In this document: positions 39,468 through 49,527 of the stretch, in pieces | Layout of the letters: every line of letters starts with the position of its first letter | Numbering within the stretch: the first letter of the stretch is position 1 | Origin: Octopus sinensis | Lineage: Eukaryota | DNA: 64,000 bases | Assembly: GCF_006345805.1 (NCBI RefSeq) | Contig: NC_043006.1 | Coordinates: 99,386,001 to 99,450,000 of the forward strand | Direction of reading: 5' to 3' | Notes under the pieces: generated by a model | Database searches by the model: none | Seen by the model: only the letters and a program-made list of their open reading frames with translations | Told to the model about the DNA's origin: nothing | Program-made: the position numbers and the translations under genes

Positions 39468-41763
39468 TATGAGTGCGTTTAATATACTTTTGTTCGTGTT
39501 GTGAGTCAGTGTCGTTAGGTATACATTTATTGCTTTTCGAATAGAATCTATTGGTCTGAAGCCAGCGACACACACATTTGTTTATTTTGTATTATTTTTT
39601 TAATTGCAGCTACTTAGCAAGCTATGGCAGACAGTTCTTTCTATCATTATGTATCAATGACTGTGAATATTCACCATGGTGAAGACTTTGGCGAACGTGA
39701 TTTGATTATTAAGGGAAATAGCCTTTGTAGTGTTTCACAAATGTATCTTATTTGGCGTCGTCTTTATGAGTTGCGAACCGAGCTAGGAAAATAAATTCCT
39801 CTTTATTTCAATATTTTGTCGACGGAATGTGTACGATTAATATAGTGACATTTATTTCATAGGAAGACGTATATTTTGCAACCAGCAACTAGTGACACAG
39901 TGTATGTGTAAATGCTGGCAAATATAGCAAGGAACATTTAATGTGAAATTACGAGCGAACCAGTTCAGGATTCCAAATATAATTTATATTAACTAAATAC
40001 ATTTCAGGTTAGTTATTGTAAATATATTTAACTCTATGTTGCCCCCTTCTAAATATTTTGCTTTTATGTTGAATATACTTGCTGAGATTCAAGCCGAATG
40101 TCAAATGCTTTGATTTCACTAAGCTGAGAGTTTTGAAACGCATATAGGATACAAGCTATATAGAATTTGCAGGATGTACAATAATTCGAAAAGGAAATGG
40201 GTAGGGAAAGTGAAACAGAGAAAGAGGTAGAAAGAGAAATGTAAACAGAAATATAAAGAGGCACCATTATATATTAATTGCAATTGCAGGTGATGAGCAA
40301 AGCATAATGAAAAATACTTTTGAATACAGTTAGTTTCTGAAGTTTCAAGTTCCATAGAAGAAATATTACTTATCTCGCATCACACTTAAAAGTCAGAGTA
40401 CGAAATATAATTTCTTTCTGTGATTGGCCTTCAGATATTTTTAAAAATATTTTGTTTTAATTGCTATATCCATTCTCTATTTTTATGACACCATATGTTA
40501 CAGAAGTCAAAGATGTAAAATTGGCATTCTATTTTAGATATATTTTTTATCAATATATTTTTTAGGTTAGTGCTAATTTTGTAAGACCACGGAGAATTTG
40601 TCCTGTAACGAAAGTATCTATATTGACACGGTGGATAACTGAAACCCCAAGGCACATATTTTGGGTTTGGTATGTTCCTTTCTAATTACAAGAGATTAAC
40701 GTGTTTGGTCAGTCACCAGACAGAGGGTTCAATTTCAGCTTTTTCGTAGAAGCCTACTAAAAGAGATTACGGAGCGATGTGCAAACCGACGGCGTAAACT
40801 CCTCACCATTAACAGATCGCAAAGTCCTCATCTAAACAGATCATAGAGTTGGAGTGTTTTCCCCTGAGTAGTGCAAATGTGTCTCCCGCTGGGATTAGAG
40901 TATGACCGAAAATGGTTGATGCACTTCGAAGCTCTCTAACAATAATTCGAAAAGGAAATAGGTAGAGAAAGTGAGACAGAGAAAGAGGTACTGCTTCCAC
41001 TGCTAATACTACTACTACAACAACAACTACTACTACTAATACTGCCGCTGCTGCTAAACGTTTAAATTGTGCATGAATCGATAACCTGTTTTACCAGGCA
41101 AATTTCTGAACCCAACAGCTCTATATTGTAAGCAGTGTATATTGATATCATACATGATTTGTTGCTCTCAATATAAATAAGTTGCATGCATTATATAGAA
41201 TATACCATTACTGACATCATCATTCACAAATTTTGTGCAATAATTGTATACTATATTCAAGAATTATTTGCTGGCACCGCTTCGTTGCTGGTGTTATTTA
41301 CATGTGCTGGAATATTTGTGCGTTGAATTGTGCCAATAAAAAATGTCCAATTACACTTCGATATTAATTCTGTGGCATCATAAAATGGCTCTTTAATCAA
41401 AAGATTTTCTCCCCTTTATTTGTTTTGTGTTTCATATTTCATTGTATTGAAGTGAAACCTACTTATAAATGCTTGGTTAAAGGACAATAAATTACCATAA
41501 TTGTATGTCCATAATTGTATATCTCACGTCATAGTTCTATCCCCTCTTTGCAATAGAGAATTTACAATACTCATGATTGCTCTTAAATACGTATATTGCA
41601 TTAGTCATCAGAACTACCATGCTCTTCTTTTATAGGCTGTTGAGGTGATTGTTATATATTCCTTAACTTATACATCAATGTAATATGTGGTCTGAATTCT
41701 TTATAGCATTCGGCATTTTCAGTCATTCCCGTATATGTTATTTATGAATACATACCTGAATAT

Positions 41764-41837
<74 letters not shown>

Positions 41838-41989
41838 TATATATACAGAGAGAGAGAGAGAGAGAGAGAGCAGCACACACAAATACAAACTCAGATATAC
41901 ATATATACCAGTATCGAAATGTAAGAAGGATTGTAGACGTATTTATTCAGCATTGACCATTGATGACAATCCCAGAAGATCTATGAGGT

Positions 41990-42780
41990 GCTTCATGCAA
42001 ACGAACACCACGTATCTGAAGGAACAATAGAAATTGATGTCCACAAAGACATTAGATACACATGGTATCAATGCGAAAATGTCATTTCATGTCAGAAACA
42101 GTGAAGGAGAATCGATTAATCAGATGTAAAACCTCTTAAGCAGACTTAATAGCCTAGCAGAGAAAAGACTTTGATCAAGATCAGAGAGTGAACGGAAGAA
42201 ATGAGAGATAGCTATGTACAGACATTTCGGAAGTTCCAAGAATAATGCATACAAAATGTCTTGCAAATGTCATGGTGTGCGGGGGTTATCAGCAATGAAG
42301 GTCTACTTCCACAAAGTCTTCGAGTAGTCTCAGCTGCCTACATAGATGTTTTGAATATTGTGGTTACGCCAAGAATAGATAATGTACCCAGCGAAAGACT
42401 CAGCACCATCACATGAGGCTACAGCAACACAAGATTGGATGATGGAAAATTATGATGACCACATAAAATCCAACATTTGGCCTCCTAGCTCCCCAGATCT
42501 CAATCCATTGGAATACTATGTATGGAGCGTAGTTACGAAAGAGGTTAATGAGCGCCCTCATAACATCGAGCAATCCCTAAAAGCCTCCATAGTCAGACTA
42601 ATGCCCCATAAGAACGTAGACCACTTGATCCTAGCATGGAGGTGATTTATACCTCGCATGGAAGCCGTTATTGAAGATGAAGGAGAGTTTATTGAATAGA
42701 ATAACGAAACAATATATTTATTCTTATCCTCAAAACTATTTGCAGTAAAAGGCATTATTGTCTGATTCCAAGAGCCATCT
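41990..42780 (+). mobile_element. Degenerate Tc1/mariner-superfamily transposase fragment (maT/DD37D-like)
   Basis: ORF 42382-42645 DSAPSHEATATQDWM..IWPPSSPDLNPLEYYVWS..RPHN; upstream VMV.GVISNEG and downstream EAVIEDEG.FIE*. Confidence 0.85.
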
Positions 42781-42836
42781 TGTGTAAGTATTTAACTGTC
42801 CAAAATACCTTACTCACTCCGTGTATATATACATAT

Positions 42837-42915
<79 letters not shown>

Positions 42916-42984
42916 TATATATACATATTCACATATATATCCATATCTATCTATCAATCTATCTCTCTCTCTATATATTTATAC

Positions 42985-43026
<42 letters not shown>

Positions 43027-43060
43027 ACAAATTGGACCTACGTCGCTATATATATATATA

Positions 43061-43084
<24 letters not shown>

Positions 43085-43097
<13 letters not shown>

Positions 43098-43380
43098 CAA
43101 AATGGGACAAACACGCAAAACAAAACTAAGAACCAGATTATCCTCGCAATTTCGGCTGATTATACTTGAGGTTGCTCCAGTATGACCCACCCCAAGGAAA
43201 AACTAAGCTAAGAGCATTAGATTCTTTGGAAGAAATCATCGAATGTATACAAAAGCAAAAAGGGAAAAAAGGACAATGTTACACAAATATAAATACAATA
43301 AAAATACAATTAAAATAATAGCATGACATAACAACAAGTGTCTTTCGGGTAAGGACGAAATTGAATTAAGCTGGCTCGTG
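43085..43380 (-). repeat. Interspersed repeat, second copy at 52690-52990 in the opposite orientation
   Basis: Shared core gaatctaatgctcttagcttagtttttccttgggg..ggagcaa.ctcaag..taatcagccgaaat.g.gaggat.atc.ggttctt. Confidence 0.75.
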
Positions 43381-43810
43381 TGGAAATTAAGTCTTACGGC
43401 AGAGATACAGAAATTTCACAAACACAGGGAAGAATATCGATGTTGCACGGACCACGGTCAGACCCAGGAAGAAAGAGCGAGCAGTCTAGACGATCGGTCA
43501 CGTGGGAAGAGAAGAGAAAGAGGTAGAAGCAAAGGGACAGAAGAATTAAGGAGTGAGAAGAAAAAAAAGAAGTGGGAGCAGAGGGACAGAAGAATTAAGG
43601 AGGGGCGAGAAAAGAGGATAGGGACACAGTGAAGTGAAAAGTGGAGGGAAAGTGAGTAAGAAGAGAAGGCAAAGAAATATGAGAGAGGGGGAACGAAAGA
43701 GCGAAAAGTGGAATGAACGAATAAGCGTGAACGGTTTGATAGAAATGGAATCGTACAAGATTCCGTAAAATGTGTACTTACATATAAGAGAACAAAGTGT
43801 ACGTACGCCG

Positions 43811-43840
<30 letters not shown>

Positions 43841-43842
<2 letters not shown>

Positions 43843-44456
43843 ATTTAGAGAGAGTATACACCTACTTCTCACCAAATAAAAATAATGTTAATTTTAAATT
43901 TATATACTTACTGTTTTTTTTCCTTGGCAACGCGTGTTTCATGAGATACATCCTCGGGTTCCTAAACCACCCCATGTTTCCCTGGAACCCCTCTCAAGAT
44001 GCCACGCCAATCATCAGGCCCTTATATAACTTTATCAACGTTCAATACGATAAGCTATTTTTTAATTTTTAAATCCTATAAATATGTGCAAAATAAGTAT
44101 GTTTAAATTAGGTATGTTTAGTTTCACTGGACTCTACAGTACAAGCTATAATTCAGATAAAAATGCAAATAACGATAAAAAGTTATAGAAATAAAAGTTG
44201 CACGAATACAGTAAGAAATAAAAATCACAAAAAATATACGAAAATTTACAAAAACTATGTTAGTTATATCTAGTGTTCCAAATAATGATTGTGTGGCATC
44301 TTGAGAGGAGCTCCAGGAAACACGGAGTGGTTTAGGACCCCGAGGATGTACCTCATGAAAAACGTGTTGCCAAGAAAAAAAAACAGTAGGTATATACAAT
44401 AAAAATAAACATTATTTTTATTTGGTGAGAAGTAGGTGTATACTATCTCTAAATTA
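43841..44456. mobile_element. 616-bp foldback/MITE with ~170-bp imperfect TIRs
   Basis: Left arm 43841-44014 (taatttagagagagtatacacctacttctcaccaaataaaaataatg..gatgccac..aatcat) matches the reverse complement of 44285-44456; TA at both ends. Confidence 0.85.
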
Positions 44457-44682
44457 AAATATATTTCTTCATTGCGAATAATTTGAACCTCTGTCATGCC
44501 GCAGTTGTTATTCCCTAAAAATAATATATATAAATAGATGAGTGTATTTTTACCTTGTTAACAATTAACACGGAAAAATAAATAAATAGTTACCAGGGCA
44601 GCAAAAATCTCACAAGTAAAGATGTTGTAACTCCTTGTTTATAAAGGTTGAAACTTCGTGTTTACGTTGAATATTTTGAATA

Positions 44683-44795
44683 ATATGAATAAAAAATGGA
44701 GTTAACGCAGGTTTAAACAACTATTTTTACTTTCGACTTACATGTTTCGAAAATTCCACTTATACTTGTTTAAACCTGCGTTAACTCCATTTTTA

Positions 44796-44802
<7 letters not shown>
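44683..44802. repeat. Near-perfect inverted repeat: 38/37-bp arms, 45-bp spacer
   Basis: atatgaataaaaaatggagttaacgcaggtttaaacaa (44683-44720) versus ttgtttaaacctgcgttaactccatttttattcatat (44766-44802); one indel. Confidence 0.95.
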
Positions 44803-44845
<43 letters not shown>

Positions 44846-45247
44846 TATATATATATATATATATACATACATAAAATACAAAATGGGACAAGAACGCAAA
44901 ACATCCATACATTACATATGGATTGCATCTTTTACATTTCCATTTATATTGAAAAAATTACAACGCGAGGAAATATGATTGATTGTGAACTGGCAAAACT
45001 GAATTTAAACTTATCAGGCACTCACCACACCGTATGTATCTACATACAAGCCATCGGTATTATGACATCTTAGAAAGTTAAAAGCAAGTTCTAAATGATG
45101 AAATATGTATTTTATCAGGAATGAAAAATAAAGTTGCAAAAATGAGACGCTTATATAATTCAAGCTTGATATTTTCCCTATAGATCAATAATTTTACATA
45201 TTCTCTGCGGAATTTTGATTTTCTCTACTAGAGAGTTTCGAACTCAA

Positions 45248-45880
45248 GTTTCTTGTCCGTCTCCACATATTCTGCAGTTACTTGTTATATTTCTTTTCAT
45301 TACATATTTTTGGTAAGTTCTGGTGGGAAGGCTTTGGTCTTGTACTGCAATTAAAAATCACTCTGTTTCTGCTTTAAGTCCTGAGCTTCTCAACCATTGC
45401 TGGGATTTTTCTTTATCTATTTCTTTTGCATTTAGTTTAGTCCATTATTTACAATGAAGGGGCTTTTCTTGCCATCGTTTTATCATGGTTCGTTGCTGTT
45501 CTATTTTTAGTTTGGATCTCGTTTGTTTTATAGCTTTTGTTGTTTCTTCTTCTTCTTCTTCTTCTTCTTCTTCTTCTTCTTCTTCTTCTTCTTCTTCTTC
45601 TTCTTCTTCTTCTTCTTCTTCTTCTTCTTTTCTTCTTCTTCTTCTTCTTCATATTTATTAGGTGGTATGATTTCTTGTTTGTATTTGTCAGCTTCCTTAA
45701 ATACTGAGAACAGTTTTTTGTTTTGCTCGTGTTTTGCCGCTATTTGTATCAGTTTTCCTTCCTTCTGAAGTAGATATTTTTGCAGTCCTATGGTGGTTAT
45801 TTTATAGTAGTTTTCCAGTTGTATAAGGCCTCTACCACCTTCTATACGTTGTATATATAGTCTTTCTATGTCAGATTTTT
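45248..45880 (-). mobile_element. Internal fragment of an R4/Dong-like LINE interrupted by an expanded (GAA)n
   Basis: KSDIERLYIQRIEGGRGLIQLENYYK..KYEEEE..TTKAIKQ..WQEKPLH..WLRSSGLKAETE*FLIAVQDQSLPTR..CRICGDGQET. Confidence 0.9.
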
Positions 45881-45902
45881 ATCATTATTATTATTATTAT
45901 GA

Positions 45903-45976
<74 letters not shown>

Positions 45977-45982
45977 ATTATT

Positions 45983-46528
45983 GAGTGAGAGAGCAGTGCA
46001 TGCCATCAAAGTGACACTGGGGTAAAATATACGAAGCCCAGTATACCCATCATGACTACCCGTCTGATAAGGGTACACCAGGCACATGCATCACAACCAT
46101 ATGTGCGCGACATGGTGATCTCATATCAAAATAAACAGCACATGACCTTGCAGGTGGGGCCCAGTTACAATTTTCTTCAGGTCGAGTAGCCCTTCCCACT
46201 CGAAAGGTCCCTGAATAAGTGTTGTTTAAGGATGTTGAACGAACCACCCATGTTTCCAGAGGTGAATTATTCAAACCCCAAAGAATCCCTCTCAACACAT
46301 GGCTATGATGCTCCCCCACTACTTCTGCTCGTGATCAGAGATGCACATAGCGTCAGCTACCAAGGGACATGCTCAACTGGTTATGGTCAAACAACTGACA
46401 AGCAAATCTATGGTATTGAGCAGAATATTTGCTGTAGCCCATCTTTTATACCAAGACAAAACAATGTACATGATAACACTTTCAATCAGTTAAGATCATG
46501 AGAGCCACTGCCTGGTACTGCATCAGGG

Positions 46529-46529
<1 letters not shown>
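45983..46529. repeat. ~550-bp interspersed repeat, copy 2, between two long (ATT)n tracts
   Basis: Homologous to 33519-34069; flanked by (ATT)n at 45883-45982 and 46530-46665. Confidence 0.9.
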
Positions 46530-46602
<73 letters not shown>

Positions 46603-46604
46603 CA

Positions 46605-46665
<61 letters not shown>

Positions 46666-46710
46666 GTTGTTGTTGTTACTACTGTTATTGTTGTTGTTGT
46701 TGTTATTGTT

Positions 46711-46772
46711 CAGGTCACTACTTGGCATCGAAATCAGAATCTTGGGGTTAGTAGCCCGCGCTCTTAACTACT
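46711..46772 (-). mobile_element. tRNA-like SINE head (Ser-like anticodon arm gggct-act-aaccc) followed by (AAC)/(AAT)n
   Basis: Reverse complement agtagttaagagcgcgggctactaaccccaagattctgatttcgatgcc..agtgacctg then aacaataacaac. Confidence 0.7.
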
Positions 46773-46812
46773 GAGTAGCGGAAAGGGAAGGACATGCCCT
46801 CGTCCATTACAA

Positions 46813-46859
46813 AGTGGTTAAGAGCGTGGGCTACTAACCCCAACATTCCGAGGTTGATC

Positions 46860-46903
<44 letters not shown>

Positions 46904-47070
46904 TTCGAAAAATACATTAGGAATGAGAACCCAGGTTCGAAATTTCCCCAAGACACCTGAAGAAGGCTGGAGGGTGTATCAGCCGAAACGTTGTGTTAAC
47001 AACAAACAAGATAAGGACAAATATCCGTCGAATGTAAATAATGAAATTAATATAATGTACATAATCCCTC
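46813..47070 (+). mobile_element. tRNA-like head, (AAT)n linker and hammerhead-containing segment (SINE/retrozyme-like or Penelope pLTR composite)
   Basis: Head agtggttaagagcgtgggctactaaccccaa (46813-46843), damaged B box, (AAT)n 46860-46902, then ggaatgagaacccaggttcgaaatttcccc, the hammerhead and a 3' segment. Confidence 0.65.
46952..46997 (+). ncRNA. Minimal type I hammerhead ribozyme with intact core
   Basis: Stem I gacac (46952-56)/gtgtt (46993-97); CTGAAGA 46957-63 plus an extra A; stem II ggctg/cagcc (46965-69/46980-84); GAAA 46985-88; palindromic ACGT stem III; predicted cleavage after GUU at 46992. Confidence 0.8.
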
Positions 47071-47149
47071 ATCTCTTAAATATTGAACTGTACAACTTAC
47101 TTTATGTTCATCATATTGAAATATATATTTCTGTTGATTCTTCTGTCTT

Positions 47150-47385
47150 GTTTACTTGTTTCAGGCATTTAACTGCGGCCATGCAAGAGGACCATCTGCT
47201 GTCAAGCGATGGTTGGGGGAAAACGCAGGCACAAAGACAGACACAGATATGTTACACTCATAAGGCTTTGGTCGGCCCGTGGATATAATAGAACACACAT
47301 TCGCCTAAGATGTCACGCAGTGGGACTGAATCCAGAACCATATTGTTGGCAACGAAGCTGCTCACCACACAGTCACTCCAGCACC
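47150..47385 (-). mobile_element. Internally deleted family B SINE
   Basis: tttacttgtttcag..ctgcggccatgc..gtcaagcgatgg..aaggctttggtcggcccg..cacgcagtgggactgaa. Confidence 0.75.
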
Positions 47386-47464
47386 TACACACACACACAC
47401 ACACACCACACACACACACACACACACTCACATACACACATATATTTATATCTATCTATCTATC

Positions 47465-47544
<80 letters not shown>

Positions 47545-48749
47545 GATATAGCTAGACAGATATATACATACATACACGCATACTTACACACATATATGTG
47601 TGTGTGTGTGAGCGCGTGTGTGGTTGTATGTTTAAAGATAGACTTTATACACTAACGTAACTGAATATATCAATAAGTATTATATTTTAATAATAAATAT
47701 TATTTTATTGGAATTAACAATTCCATTCAAATAGCACGTATAAATTCGATTAATAACTGGCAATTATTACTTTCTGAAATGACCTTCTGATTCTACAGCA
47801 TTTCGCAGTCGTATCACCATTGAATAATAATGTAAATAAAGGAGATCAGCCGTAATATAAAATGAAATATAAAAAAAAGCAACTACAACATATTTGTGAA
47901 ACCAAAGCACTCTAATTTTAACCAAAACATTACCTTTTAGAATTATATCAGTAATTGAAGTAGACTATAGCAAAGAAACCCCAATAGTATTTCTATCATG
48001 TTGTTATTTTCGGATAGAATGTTATATATTTTTATTGATGTGTCAATATTTTCAATAAAAACAAGAAATACGCCAAGTGATTCTTACTTATTCGGCAACA
48101 TGTACGTTTCATAAGAGCAGCTGGTATTCACCATGTTACGAAACTGAATGTATTTCACAAAATTCCGCTCTTTGTTTGCAGAATACTTTAACCGAATGAT
48201 ACAATAATGGAAGTAGGCTTTACCGGGTACAGCTCCAATTGATTCTATGTGGATATTTTTAATAATGTTACAACAGGATAAACTTAAGGCTGATATGTAC
48301 GTGTGTGAATATGAGTGTGTTACTGTGCTTCTGTGTAAAATTATACATTTGAATGGTGTCAAAAACTGCAAGTTACTGATGTATACTCCAACGTAATAGT
48401 CCAATGGTATTCAGTATATGTTTCACAAGGATTAAGATTTCACCCATATCGTTGTAAAAAATATGATTTTAAACACAATCAAATTCCTTATTTCATGTGC
48501 AGCAGTTCTTATATCAACATTCTATCTCAGAATTTTATCATTTAGACACTATATACGGTATTTGTAAATACCGAACTCAGAAAAATTTTCACATATCGAG
48601 GATTGTGTGAAATCAGTCAAAAATTAAACGATGTTGATATGTATGTGTCGGCATGATGGTGTGTATCGGTATGTAACAGTATATATGGATAAAGAAATTA
48701 TATATCCACAAATGCAGCTTTAGACCTCTTTACATCTTTCAACATTTAC

Positions 48750-48815
<66 letters not shown>

Positions 48816-48894
48816 ATATATAATATAATATAATAATAATCATTATAACAACAACAATAATAATAATAAATAATAATAATATATAATAATAATA

Positions 48895-48951
<57 letters not shown>

Positions 48952-49027
48952 TATTATTATTATTAATATTATTATTATTATTATTAATTATTATTATTAT
49001 TATTAATTATTATTATTATTATTATTA

Positions 49028-49101
<74 letters not shown>

Positions 49102-49113
49102 TATTATTATTAT
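48750..49113. repeat. (TA)n, then (AAT)n directly followed by the complementary (ATT)n
   Basis: Direct reading; strand switch at about 48950. Confidence 0.95.
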
Positions 49114-49114
49114 T

Positions 49115-49507
49115 TTATACTTTTACTTGTTTCAGTCATTTTGACGGCGGCCATGCTGGAGAACCGTCTCTAGTGGAGCAAATCGACCACAAAAATTATT
49201 CTTTGTAAGCCTAGTACTTATTGTATCGTTCTCTTTTGCCGAACCGCTAGATAACGGGGACATAAACACACCACCATTGGTTGTCAAGCGATGTTGTGGA
49301 CACACACACACACACAGACATATATATATATACCCGACATATATATATATATATATATATATTTCTTTCAGCTTCCGTCTACCAAATCCGCTCACAAGGC
49401 TTTGGTCGGCCCGAGGCTATTGTAGAAGACACTTGCCGAAGGTGCCACGCAGTGAGACTGAACCCGGAACAATGTGGTTGATAAGCAAGCTACTTACCAC
49501 ACGCCCA
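49115..49507 (-). mobile_element. Full-length CORE-type SINE family B
   Basis: Reverse-complement match to 28504-28927 along its length. Confidence 0.9.
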
Positions 49508-49527
49508 CTTCTACGTTTGTACTATCA

